The notes beneath the pieces were generated by a model. That model made no database searches. It had not been told where the DNA came from and worked only from the letters and a program-made list of their open reading frames with translations. The position numbers and the translations under genes were made by a program. From NCBI GenBank assembly GCA_050084515.1, contig CM114271.1, positions 23,188,001 to 23,252,000 on the forward strand: a stretch of DNA of 64,000 nt, read 5' to 3'. Numbering within the stretch: position 1 is the first letter of the stretch; each line of letters begins with the position of its first letter. The DNA is from Blasia pusilla (Eukaryota). Positions 12,060 through 24,749 of this stretch are shown here, piece by piece.

Positions 12060-13169
12060 GGCTGCCTCAGACCTTGGCAGCCTCTTCTTCCTGTCCCAGA
12101 AGTAAGCATGAGAACAGGTACCGTAACCTTTAGCTCTCCAGTGCTCGAAAAGAGAGTTCAACAAGCAATATGGCGATCGAGCAGCTGACGCTCTTCTGTA
12201 GAAGAGTTGAATTGAGTTATGTGTGCATTCCACTCAAATGTCTGAATTCTTCTTGAGCGCAATGGGGATTCACTTTTATTTGAATTTTCTTTGCGTCGAC
12301 TTTCAATGAGAGTTCTGATGGAACCTGAAAATGCCCATGTTGAGCTTTAGAGTTGATGTAATGTCTCCGGAGAGTTATGTTCACTCGAATGACATACGTC
12401 TGGAAATCCCAGCAGAAGTCGATCGGCCTGAAGATGATCGGATAAATCTCTGAGTCCGCGTGTGCAGGGTGGTTCACGGCTATGGAGTGTAATTAAAATT
12501 CTGCTGTTGGCAATCGAGCGATGGTCCGACTCAATCTATCCAGCGGCAGAAGACGTGCGCAATATGTTGGGAGTCAGATGAAGGAGATGGAAAGGCTCTA
12601 ACTAATCCCCATGGACAAGAAATCATTTCGTTCATTCTTTTGTCTCTCAAACTGCAACTTCGGTGACCACAATAGAACAGCCTTCCCGGATGTCTTTCAG
12701 GACCCTGTCATGGGGGTAAGATGAAAGACAAAATTTGGGTACGTGATTGATTTTCTCTACAATTGACCACATGAGAAAGGCATTCCCCGGTGTCTTCCAG
12801 GATGTGGGTGTCACCGTTTTGATTAGGAATGGGAACCAGGTTCATGTTGATGGAAGTAGCTGAATTCTTACAGCAGCGTACGGTGGCAACTCGGGCCTAT
12901 CGTCCGAATCAGTTAGATTTGTAGTATTTCACTGGCCTCCTTGGCTGCCGCAGGTCCTGAACGTTGTCACTTGCTTCGTTGCTGCAAACTTCGTAAATCG
13001 AAGTCCCTCGGCCCTCTTGAGTCCCCGTGGACAAGAGATCTCTTCCTTCATTCTTCTTCTTCTCTCTCTCTCTCTCTCTCTCTCTCTGATCTTCCGACTG
13101 ATCCCCAATTTCACACAATATCCCTGAAACCGATCTGTATCTTCGAACTCCTCGCTGTTTCCTTCTAAC

Positions 13170-13500
13170 CTCACTCTGTGTCATCCGAGTCGCAAGGGTA
13201 CACTACTTAATGAGTACAGTCTGTTGCATCCTCGGCACATGCGAGCGCGACCTCGGAATTCCTCGGCGTTTCCTCAGCACTCTGTGTCATCCGAAGCGCA
13301 TACGAGAGCGACCTCGGAATTCCTGCCTCAGGGTTCCTTCCACTCCCACTCTGTGCCATGCGAGAGCCACCTCCTGCGTTTCCTTCCTTCCGCTCTCAGT
13401 CTGTGCCATCCGAAGCGCACGCGGGAGCGCGACCTCGGAATTCCTTACCGTTTCCTTCCGCTCTCACTCTGCGCCATCCGAAGCGCATGCGAGAGCGGCC
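13170..13500 (+). repeat. Degenerate tandem repeat, roughly 55-60 bp unit (ctctgtgycatccgaagcgcatgcgagcgcgacctcggaattcc), about 5-6 copies
   Basis: Unit cores visible near 13175, 13225, 13280, 13350, 13400 and 13468; followed by (ggtt)n near 13583-13606. Confidence 0.8.
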
Positions 13501-14014
13501 GACCGTTCGAAAATCGCGGATGGAATTCCAGCAACCGCAGACGGACGGACCGACCGCCGGACACACGGACGGAGCACGCGATGGTTGGTTGGTTGGTTGG
13601 TTGGTTGCGCATACCGCCACTTCCCCCCCTGTCACAGGAATGCTGCTCGCGCGGGCCGCGCGGTCCCGACCATAACCGCCCCCACCATCGCTCGGCACTC
13701 ACATTTCTCCAGCTCCCCCACGCACGGCCTATAAGAGAAGCACACCCTATTGTGATCTCCCCACATCACCTCTTTACAATGCTAGCGTTGCCACTTTGCA
13801 GGGGATCATTTTTGAGATTTTAATTTTTTTAAAACTTTTACTTGCGCTTAGCATCTGAAATTTAATTTTTGGTTTGCATTTTGAAATCTATAATATCTTG
13901 AAGGGTGTAAACACGTGTATGTTAGACACGTGTCAATTGGGTAATAAGAAATTGTTTCCCATATTATCGGCAGCAAGATTTTTTTGAATTTGTGTGTATA
14001 TGGTTAGTCTTTCA

Positions 14015-14045
14015 CTCATGTGCATGGCACGGGCTGTGCACTAGT
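14015..14045 (+). mobile_element. Putative Helitron 3' terminus
   Basis: Short gtgc-atg-gcac hairpin followed about 10 nt later by CTAG|T (14041-14045). Confidence 0.45.
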
Positions 14046-14629
14046 CTATGTTGTTATTGGAGAGAACCTTCTTGATTTGCAAACACATGTCCGCTGGACA
14101 CGTGGCAATTGGACAGCAAAAAATGTTTCCCATACTAGGGGCAATGAGAATTAAAAAAAATTGTGCTTTGTTACCTTTCGGCATATTCACAACATCAATC
14201 TTTCATCATATTTTGGTGGTCACGATCTTTCATGAAAATATACTTGTCCTTTTTGCGTTAGGATTTTTATGTGTCAAAAAGTCTCATGAGTGTTGGTTCT
14301 TTCAAATTGAATCTTGAAAAGTTTTTTGATTAAATTTTCACAATCCAAATTTATTGTCACCATGCTAGGTCTAAAATTTCGTAGCCAAGTAGACAATTTT
14401 GTAATTGACCGAGGAGTGAGGCATGGTTGATTCTACTAGCTTCTTGCCAAGTTGCCCATGAGGGCTCTTAATACCTTGTGATATCTTTGAGAAAATAACA
14501 AGTTTTGCACAAACGATCAGCACAATTTAATGCTAGTGGTTATAGAACTATCCACTTGTGAAATACGCTTACTCTACATTGAATTTGCTTAAGAATTTCC
14601 TTACAATAGTGAGAACTAACCATCGACTA

Positions 14630-14990
14630 AAAATGGCCAATAACCTACGAGAAGAATGGTATTTTAGTGAGAAGAAATTGTTTACTTGTTGAGATGGCAA
14701 GGTGCACGTTAAAGGAGTGAGATATCCCTAAATACCTTTGGGCCATTAATATTGCAATATACATCTTGAATAAGTGCCCAACAAGAACTTTGGAGGAGAA
14801 AACACTAGAACAAGTCTTCAATGATATCAAATTGAAATGGATGTTATGGATATGTACCCAAAGAAATCAGAAGAAAACTTGACGATTAAAGTTTACAATG
14901 CGTCTTCATCGTCTAGAAAGATTGAGAGAAAACTTACAATCTCTACTCTCTAGAGAATCTCCAAATATTCTTGAGTCGTGATGTACTCAT
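14630..14990 (+). mobile_element. Small, highly decayed Copia integrase fragment
   Basis: Translates to KNGILVRRNCLLVEMARCTLKE*DIPKYLWAINIAIYILNKCPTRTL. Confidence 0.7.
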
Positions 14991-15709
14991 GTACTTGAGC
15001 ATGACCTCGGGGATGTCACAATACATATGTGTGCCCCATATACTACGCGTGGCTAGGCCCCTATTTGACGTTCCCGCATTTCAATCATTTTAATTAAAAT
15101 ATGCCTATAAAAATACCCTTCAATAGCATTTTGGCTGCTTTAACCCTCCCTTTCTTAATTACAATTTTTTTAATAATCCAAAAGATCATGTGAAGCATAA
15201 GTATTTAACATCTATTAAAAAAATTATGGATTTTTAAATCCAATAAGTTTATTAAAAAATTTCCATCCTGCTCATGTGCTAATCTAATACAAATTTATCG
15301 TGATCATCAAAATGCCAGAGGGTATGTGCATCTTTGAATTCAAGAGTCATGGTTACTAAACAAATAATTGAATTTACATCTATTTTAACTAAATTGTTAG
15401 TGTCATTTAGGAATTTCAGGTTTCTTCGATAAAAAAAAAATATCTAGATATTTTTTTACTTTAGCTCTCGACCAACGGGAGATGACACTCGATCCGAGAG
15501 GGGAGAGGCTCGGAGTGCCCGACCAGCAGGAGAGGCACGTTTATAACCAATAGGTCTAAACCAATTAAACACTTCTCTGTCAAATAATCTAAGTGAATCC
15601 CCAAAAATGGTCCTAAATGCAACAATATTCCCTTGAAATCAATTGGAGAGGGGATCATTGGAAAACAAGCCCACAATACACTAGTATCAATAATTTTGAT
15701 ATTCTATTA

Positions 15710-17200
15710 TTGATTTTTAGGGTAAGAAATCGTCAAATCCTAAACCAGCTGCCTTGCCGCGGTCATAATCCTCGTTGTCTTCGCCATCCCCGTTGCCACT
15801 GTTAGCCACTTCCTCCGCCGCTAGTTATCGCACGCCGCTATTCTGGGCCACGTTCAGCCGCCAACACCATTCAAGGCCATGTCGGGCTGCCGCCGCCGGA
15901 CTTGGGTGAGTCCGTACGCGTTGTTGTCACTTTACACTCTCGACTTTGACAAGGTGACCTTTTCATTCATGGGGTCCTAGTTTTCTTTCCGCTTAGCTAT
16001 GTATTGAGGTTGTAGCTATGCGACGACGATCGAGTACGGTGTCATGCCGCAATGCGCCGCCAATTGCCGCGCCGTGCCGATCATAGCCGCACTGCACCGT
16101 CTCGATCATGGAGTCCACCATCATTGGGAGCAGAGTATGTATTGATGTTGAGGAAGAGGGTATGCTGCATCCCATCACCGAGTGTTGTTTCGTTTGTAGC
16201 CATTTTGTGCCGCACCATATTGCTGGATCTATACCGCATATTGAGGAGATTTGAGAATTATCAGTACCAGAGGAGTATGACTTACTAATTGGAGGAGTTT
16301 GTATAGTTGAGAAGTGACATCAAAATTTATTCAAGTTATCCATTCTGGCCTTTTTCCCTACACGTGTGAGGTAATTTTTGGGTATTTGGATAGTTATTTG
16401 GGGATATTGGGTTTCGTGCAGATGTTGAGAGCATCACTAATGTATGTGGTTTTTGGGACATAGATATGTGTGGAATGTCCAGAGTTGAGGGTATGTTCTA
16501 TCCTTGAGATGATAGAACAAAAGTTGATTTGCCACACCACGCCGCTTGAGAGGGAGTGTAGATTGAGTGCCGCATGTTTGGGTTGAGTGATTGAGGGATT
16601 ACTTATGAGATTGAGAGTGATCACGTGAGAGGGACACGAGGGTCATCACGGCGTCCTTTTGGGACTTTGAGAGGCGGGGTGGTGGACTTGAGAGTAGCTC
16701 TAGAGATTCTAAGGAGAGTCGCACGAGGTTTCGAGGGTCTCCATATGAGAGACCGCCTCGACCTCTTCCTGTGTCGTCATCATACGCGGGGGAGAACGTA
16801 GAGGAGTTTGTTAGTGTATCATCGCACACAGTGAGTGGTCTTGCAGCCTAGGACTACGAGATGGACGATCGGGGTAGAGGACGGCGTAGGTTTTTGGGTG
16901 CTAAAGGAACTATTGAGTTGCACAACTTCATTGCGGAGTTTATGAGTTGGTGTGATTCGCAAGAGGCCAAGAACTCTAGAGATTTCAACATGTTTACAAC
17001 ATGGAATGGAATATTCCAACACTTAGAGGAGGTATCCATGGACAATTTCCATGAGTTCTCTCAGGGATATGCCCATGAGATTAAGGCATGGACAGTCTAC
17101 TATAACCCACTCTATGTATCATGGACTAAGCCATTTCCAGATAAGGAGGAGGAGTTAGGAGAGGCTACTTCCTCTTCCACCAATGATATGTTGGGAGGGA
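15710..17200 (+). mobile_element. Gypsy family A 5' internal region and gag N-terminus (truncated)
   Basis: Inverted homolog of about 57170-58800. ORF 16861-17292 (FQHLEEVSMDNFHEFSQ..ELGEATSSST) matches ORF 57176-57358 (FQHLEGAPMDDYHEFSQ..ESGEATSSST). Confidence 0.85.
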
Positions 17201-19454
17201 TAACTCGAATTGGAGCAGTTGCATCTATGCAGAGTTGCAGACTAGCTACCAAGAGGTGCGGACGGAGAAGTTGCGTAGCATCCACTACTTAAAATTGGGC
17301 TCACATGGAGAGTGATGGATGGATGCTTACAGTGGTATTTTGATGTTGACTTCTTTTTCCAAGCTTGGAAAAAAGAAGGTTAATTTAGGCCCAAATATGG
17401 TCCACTTACTACTCTCTTCTAAATATTTCATGAATTTGAAAGCAAACAAAACAATGTCAAGAAGTTTTGAAGAGAAGAGGCGGATTCTGCTTTTTTTTTT
17501 TTAAGAGAGACTCTCCTCTCTCTCTCTCTCTCTTCCTCTCCTCTCTTCTCTTACTCTCTCCTCCCAGAATACTAGCCCCCGCCTGACGTGTAGGCACTGC
17601 TGGTCGTCGAGGCACCATCAAGGGTGTGTGTAGTGCCTTTGAGAATGTGAATGACTGTGGAACCTTGGCCTGCTGCCCATCGGTCCCCTCTTGTGGTTCA
17701 ATCTCAACCCCATGTCTCCATGGCTCGGGTACTCTTGCACCATCTCGAGTCACCACCGTAGTAGCCTAAACCTGAGCCGCACTATATATGAATCCCATAC
17801 TAGCGAGATCCTCACCCAGATCAGGGTAAGAGGTGGAAGTTGGAGTCACACTAGCTACTCTCGGCTCCGTGCCTTCCCTGAGCTGCATCATCGTCATGGC
17901 AGCAATCCTCTGCTCCAACTGATCGATGCGTGAGAGAAGCATTGGCTCTGGTGCTCCCGCTCCATCTCCTCTAGTTGGTGGTGGTCCTCTCCCACCACGT
18001 TCAGCAACACCTCCTCGGCCTCCTCCAAGACGACCGCCCCAAGGCCCTTGGCCTACCTCTCGACGTGCCTCTCGACGAAGGTCAAAACATCTATCCCTAG
18101 TGTGACCATATTTGTGGCAATAGTCACAATGATACTGTGGTGGGGCCAACCTCTATGGCTCTTGAGCAATCGGAGGTGCTCGTGGTCCTCTTCCATGCTA
18201 TGGGTAATCTCTCTACCTATGGGGCCCACCACATATCCAACAAGACATCATTGGTCCCTATTGGGCAACATACGTAGGCACGGGTCATTGCCTTACAGGC
18301 TCACGGTACCCGCCTTACTCTCTGGGCACACTGGCCTGCTCTCGTGGTACTGGTGCTCGCTGTGGCACCTGCGAGGCTACCGTCGCTCGTGGACATGTCG
18401 ACTCTCGAAAAAATCCAGTGGTCACTACCTACCCTCACTCATCTTAAGATCAATAAGCTCAGACAACTCGAAGACCACCTTAGATGTGAGTTCGCCATGT
18501 GAATAACGACTGCATCTTGAACTCTCTTCCGTAGTTCTCGGTCCAGAACCCTGTACCAATATGAATTGATTGCACCTCAGTCACTCCATAAATAGCAATG
18601 ATCAGCCTCCTCATGCGCGTGAATGCCTCTCTCAAACTCTCACCCGATCATTGCTAAAAATCCTGTAGAATCTTCATCTTGTCGGTGCGTACGCCCTGGT
18701 AGCTCTTCCCCAAATGTAGGAAGAATTCCACTTTGGGACTAAAGCTGGGTGGCCCTCTACCACCAGAGGTCTCGGCCACATCGCATGTATCACTGCTCTC
18801 CTCTCCATCTAGTCTCTGGGCTGATGGTGTGGGTCTCTCTCCTCTCACAATCCCATCATATGCCTCACAACCACAAGTGGATACATACGCCAATGGAGTC
18901 TAATACATCATCCAAGCATCAATCCACGAGTGGTCGGGAGGCATATGATAGGATTGTGAGAGGAGAGACGATGAGAGGATATATTGGACTCCAGTGTATG
19001 TATGCACTAGTGCTCGTGAGGCATATGATGTATGGAGGATGTATTGGAGTCCAATACATTCTCCAGGCATCAATCTCTACTGAATATAGGGATCGGAACT
19101 CCATGTAATCATCCATCGGAAGACCCTCCAAGTGCTGGAACAACCCCTTCCATGCCATGAAAGGGTTGAATCGTGTCGGGATCCGTATCTCCTGGAAGTC
19201 GCACCACGTGTCGAACTCCTAGATGAAGTCATCTAAGTCGATAATGCCCACTGCAGCCGAGGAACGATGTATGCCCCGATGGCTCATGTCGTCCATCTCC
19301 TGCCAAGTAACACTGCCTCTGTCTGCGATCTCATCACCAGACCGGCTATCTAGTGATGACGATCCAACCACGGATGGAAGTCGAGGTGTCTCCTTACTAA
19401 AAACCCCTCCATATCTCATCCCACTTCGTTGTCGTATAGTAAAATCATCCTGTA

Positions 19455-20635
19455 TGTAAACTCCTTCCTCATTAAGTGTTAGATAGAGTTTTACTAGTAT
19501 TAAGTAAATTAGCTTAGGAAAAGGAAACTCCCATGTTTAAACCTCTTTATGGTGCCTCTTTTTGCGGACCCAACTTTAGGAAAAGAGGTAATAAATAAAA
19601 AATAACTTTATAAAAGTAAAATAATGAGGTCGTTGCTTTAATGAAAAGCAAAAGTAGTATTGGTTGGTGACTAGGGTAGTTGGGGTAATTTGGAAAATAT
19701 CAAGTGGATAAAAGAGGATATTTTGGAAGAGATAAGAGGAAATCTACTTGTGTCAAAATGTGATTGGCGAAGCCTTGAGAAGAAGCCATGTGGCACAAGA
19801 TAAGATTAACTCTATTTCGTACTCTTGAGGATCCCTTCTGAGTATATAAAGAGGAGGGACCTTTAAGGATTCATCACCTTCTATTTCACATCTTGAGTCT
19901 CTCGTGTCATTCTTGAGTGTATGACTTTAGGATTGTTTGCTCTTCCAATGAGAGTGGATCACTCCTCTTGGGAGAGTAACTTGACCATGGTCTATTCTTC
20001 GAGAGGTTTCTAGAGTGTGGTGTGTGTGGGGAAGAGAGGCTTGTCACCTTAGAGGAGTTTAGTCATACTAGAATAGTGAATGTTTTGGCTTGTTATTTTC
20101 CCAATGAGAGTGGATTACCCCTCTTGAAAGAATAATTCTGCCAAAGCCCATTCTTGAGGAGAGTATAGAATATGGATCAAGCATGGATAGGGGTGGAGCA
20201 CGAGTTATGCCCGACTTTCCTTTCCTCAATCCTTACCATATCAAGGTACTCTTTGTAGACAGAAACTGGTTCACTGGCTATTTAGTTTATCACTTTGGGA
20301 GGCGTTCATGAACCAGATCATGCAATCTCCAACTCTAGTGATTCTTCCTATTATCACATATGGAAAGACATGGGATTGTACTTTGTATGTCCTTATATAG
20401 CGATCCATGGACGTCAATAGACTTGCTCAAGTAGGGTTTAACACTAGTTGTGCTATCTTCCTCGTGTACAAGCGTAAAGTAGTTTATAGGGATTTTATAG
20501 TTAGGAAATTTGGGGTCCGATGTTTCAAGAAAGTGATCGTCTCGACACTTCCATTTGTGATACTTATCATGAGAGAATGGAGAGTATACATAATAATTTT
20601 GTATTGAAAAAGGAGAACTTCTTAGAGAGTTCACC
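19455..20635. mobile_element. Probable solo LTR (about 1.18 kb) inserted in the family B element
   Basis: Interrupts sequence that is collinear in the 63.7 kb copy. Termini tgtaaactc...gagttcacc are imperfect inverted repeats. Flanks ctgta/ttgca may be a degenerate 5-bp TSD. TATA-like tatataaag near 19843. Confidence 0.55.
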
Positions 20636-21509
20636 TTGCATCGACTATGTCTGCCGCAGCTAGAAGGCCCGCCTTTACTCGAAGAAAGGCTCTCGACATG
20701 ACAACGTGTCGCACCACCACTACAACTTGAACTACCCCATTCTTCCCAACCATGGAAGAACGCCGTGATGATCACCCTCTCACCTGCTCAAACACTCAGA
20801 ATCACCAAGAGTCTCCCGTGCTCCTCACTAGCTCACCTATGCTAATGGTAACCCTGTGATGACACACGCGGCCTCCCGCACACTCCACACTTGAGCTCAT
20901 CTTGAGCCTCCCGACTATCTCACCTAATCACCAACATACGCTCGGGTCATACACTCGACCTCTACTAGGCAACCGCCGTACAAACATGCTACACATGAAA
21001 GAAGTCTACACTCGTCACCATGACTATATCCATCTAGCACGTGCTACTACCCGACCCAACATCCTCAATGACACGAGATAAGTGCGAGAAAAGGGACTCA
21101 AATGGGTAACCTGAATACTCCGCCATCACTCTACCGCATGGTCAACCTTGACTCTTTCATGTAATTCGACAACCTCAACAGTACAACCATATCCTCCCAC
21201 AGCAAGTCGATCCTCTCGTCAGCGGATGCGGACTACTCGTCGACATCAGCACACTAACTCTCAGTTGTCAACTCATCGGTGTAGAGGGTCCATCTTGACC
21301 CCAACCATGTAACTCTCCTAACTACGTAAGGAGCTCCAACATGGTCACCACGCTTTGAACCCTACCATGTCGTCTGGACCTACAGTGCATAACCAACTTC
21401 ACTCCGTCTGGCTAAATTGCAACCGCGTACCTCGGTCCTACCTCGACTGACTCCATCCCCAAACTTGGACACGCCGCCCTATGTGGCAACGTCCCTCCCA
21501 CTTCTCATC

Positions 21510-22350
21510 GCACCACTTACCTACACTATAGCGATGCGGTTCTGATTGGGCCTACCCCAACCATCGGTGGTTGGTTCGACACATTGCGAGTGTTTTCGGA
21601 GTCTAGATCCACTTGGTGTGCATTTGGCACGGTGTCCAGTTGGGGGTGAGAAGATAGCCACTCACGATGCAACGCGGGATATTATGTTCTCCATTGCTCG
21701 GGAGAGTGGATTCCATGTACAGAGAGAGAGGCACTACTCCATGCGGGATTCCCTTATTCATGTTGATCTCTACATGATGAGGGAGTCTGAGGTGGTGGTA
21801 GCGGATGTTGTAGTGACGGATCCTATGCAGGAGGCGGTGCGAGCCCAAGTGGTGGCACAAGGGAGATTGCTACAAGGAGCGGCAGCGGCGGCGGTCAAGA
21901 AGACCCACATTTATAGTTGACTTCATGACGGACCTCAATTTATCCCCCTAGCCATTGAGATGTACGAGGCTATGGGGGAGAGGTTTGACTCGTTTCTTAC
22001 GGATTACGCCCATCATCTCCAATCGAGAAATGAGTTGTCCTTAGCCACTGCGATACTTTATTGTAGGCAACGGGTCTCCATAGCTTTACAGTGTGCCCAG
22101 GAAAATGGGCATTTGCGGCGGGCTCAGGCGGTTGGAGACGCCAATGCTAGAGGCCCTCTTAGTAGTAGTCATAGTTCTCTAAGTGTTGTTGATATTGTCT
22201 GTGTTGTTGGTGATTTCGTTCGTTAGAGGGGAAGGCCCCTTTCTTTCTCCTCGGGGCCGCTTTTGGCCCCTTTTTTTTGGCTCTCTTTGCCCCCTCATTT
22301 GTATCCTCATGGGTTTCCCATCCTATTTTCTATTTATTATTACATTTTCT
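21510..22350 (+). mobile_element. 5'-truncated CRE-clade non-LTR retrotransposon (CCHC finger plus restriction-like endonuclease domain and 3' UTR)
   Basis: LGLP..CEC..LDPLGVHLARC..GGEKIATHDATRD..VDL..ADVVVTDP..KKTHIY..FIPLAIEMYEAMG..RQRVSIALQ in ORFs 21546-21920 and 21960-22226, which share a frame with one stop between them. Confidence 0.8.
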
Positions 22351-22374
22351 CAAACTCGCGCTCGTGTGGCCTGC

Positions 22375-22660
22375 TCCCCTATACCTATACACGTATGTAC
22401 TAGGTACCACCGTACCTGGTCTAGAGCCTTAATGGCTCCTCCCGCATCTCTCCTTCATATCCCCCCATTACGCCCCAGGGTCCGGGGAGTTTTTTCGTGA
22501 CAACCGGTACATTTCCGGTCTACAAAACCGAGCGGAAATTTTTGAAGTTCTCGTCATTCCAACCGGCCAAACAGATACGAGTACAAAAGACACCTTCCCT
22601 GAACCCCTATACCTATACACGTACGTACTAGGTACCACCGTACCTGGTCTAGAGCCTTAG
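22375..22660 (+). repeat. About 55-bp direct repeat pair
   Basis: cccctatacctatacacgtaygtactaggtaccaccgtacctggtctagagcctta at about 22376-22431 and 22604-22659. Confidence 0.9.
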
Positions 22661-24585
22661 GTCGGTAAGTGAATCGGAAATTCTCAAATTCTTCCGGCGA
22701 GCTCAACAGGTAACCCCGGTTCTCCCCGGAGATTGTTACGTCCTCTCTCTCTCTCATGCGCGGCTCCTGTTTACCACAACAATGCCTCTTATGGCTCGAC
22801 TTGGCTCAGCCCTACACTCTCCTACTTTAGCTCCTACGTGCATTTAGGCCACATGTCACCTTAGGCACTTTCCTTCTCTCCCGCCGTTGAGGGTACGCGG
22901 GCCTATGCAGTAGCGACCTAGCCACTGTCTTTTTCCCCCGTTCTTTCACCACGTATAGACACGCCTCTCTCCTAAGTCCCTGTAACGGGTTTGGATTTGT
23001 TGTCCCAACCCCGCCATCATCCTCCACCTCTTGGTGCCCACGTGGCTCCCATTGAGCCCTCCCAAGCTACGTGGCTACTTCATGCCTTCGCGGCCCTGTC
23101 TAATCCCATGCGCAGCTCTCTGGCGCCAGAATAATGCCTTCCTTACACGCCCCGTAGTTGTATATTTGTCTCCAATTAAGGCGCTCCCGCCTTTGTTCAC
23201 GCTATGAACTCCCTTTGCTTACCTTCCGGCGCAGAATCCTACACATGTTTTCCTATGCAAAAGCCCCCAACACGTGGCTCCGTTCCAACTTAGACCTGAC
23301 GTTTACTGGGACGTTGGTCCCTTGGGATGTCTCCACGTACCCCTCCTTGGCGCGGCTCCCTATGAGCCAACCTGTCCTACCCGCATACACACACGGAGGT
23401 CGACTCTTTCACGTTCACAGCCGGGCACATTGCTCCCATCGCCCTTACACGTGGCGTGGCTCCCCATACCACGTACCTCCTTTCAAACCCCGGACCTGTG
23501 TCTCTGGCCTTGCCCCGACCTGCAATCGCTCCCTCACTTTCGACGGCCCTGAATTTATGCTCTGAGCCTGCTCTCCTTACGAACTCTCTCCCCGCTTGCC
23601 GCACACATGACATGATTTTGTGTAGCTCCATTCGGCCCGGATCCCCTTCTTCCCTTTACGCTGACTGATTCTTGCTATGGTCCCTACCTTCTTGGTGTGG
23701 CTGTCTTGACTCTCTCTCAAGCGGCCCTCCCTCTAGCCCTCGTGTGTATTTCCGCTAAACATCCGACTGTGACCGCCCTTGACCAGACCCCTCGGACCAC
23801 GGCTCCAAAACCTCCTTGCTTGAAAACTACCTATTCTCTTCCGGCCACCAAATTTTCTACACAATTCTCAACGCTATACTGGTTGCAACTCTTCCATCAA
23901 TAAGCACTAGCAAATCACCAGAAAATCTCTTGAAGAAGTGAACATCGCTTTCGTGCTTTCGTGAAGGAAAACACCAACACCTGCACAACAATTGCTACAT
24001 GAAAATGCCAAATAGCATCTCCAGAGGCTTCCAATCGAGGCAACTCACTTGCCTTCCTGCAAACAACGAATTCCTCTTGCCCCCTCTCATCTTTCTCATG
24101 TAAAAATAAGAGTAAAAACGGCACACCCGGCCTAAAACTCCACTCCTCAGTCTACATCAACATATTGAACCTCGTCCACCTTGTGCTATCAAGGAATCCA
24201 CACGCTAGCACCCAGTTCTAACTCACACACACGAGCAAGAATGGTACTCCAACGGCCCAACATGAGAAAGATGGTTTGAGAAAGCCATCTCTCTCCTATA
24301 TATAGGTGTGGGAAGAGCCAAAAGGCTCCTCCCCTAAAGATAGCGACCCTCCTAGTAACCTGCGCCCATAGGTTACCAAGGGCGGGTGACCTGCTCAACA
24401 AGTCAATCGGCTGTGAAAGACCCCAAAAGGAAAGTTATCAGAAACAATAGCTGATCGTTGGCTCTGTATGTCGTTGCCGCGATAGATCCCTACCAAACGG
24501 CTACTCGGATGAGACAAATCTGATATCCCAACGATATGGTTCATGTTTATCGATCACCCACACTGCACTAAGGTGATGGAATGCA

Positions 24586-24749
24586 ACCATGCATCTCCAA
24601 TAGGTGACACAATGAGCTCCAACACGGTGAGAGCGGTAGGCTCCTCCCTTCCACCATCCCTGTTGGTAGAGCTCCACCTATTGGAGATGCATGGTGTGGA
24701 AGGGAGGAGCCTACCGCTCTCACCGTGTTGGATCTCATTGTGTCACCTA
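24586..24749. repeat. Near-perfect 53-bp inverted repeat with a second overlapping 21-bp inverted repeat
   Basis: 24601-24653 pairs with 24697-24749 with 1 mismatch; 24586-24606 pairs perfectly with 24675-24695. Confidence 0.92.

Larger units (their letters stand above)
17570..24500 (-). mobile_element. Truncated Gypsy family B element (LTR, leader, gag with CCHC knuckle) with nested insertions
   Basis: LTR about 23900-24500 is the reverse complement of 62050-62690. 20690-21000 and 19190-19430 match 63480-64000. Gag knuckle CDYCHKYGHTRDRC in ORF 17766-18149. Confidence 0.85.

Noticed and set aside
13210-13823. Overlapping 100-200 aa ORFs
   Set aside because: They arise from a GC-rich tandem repeat that lacks stops.
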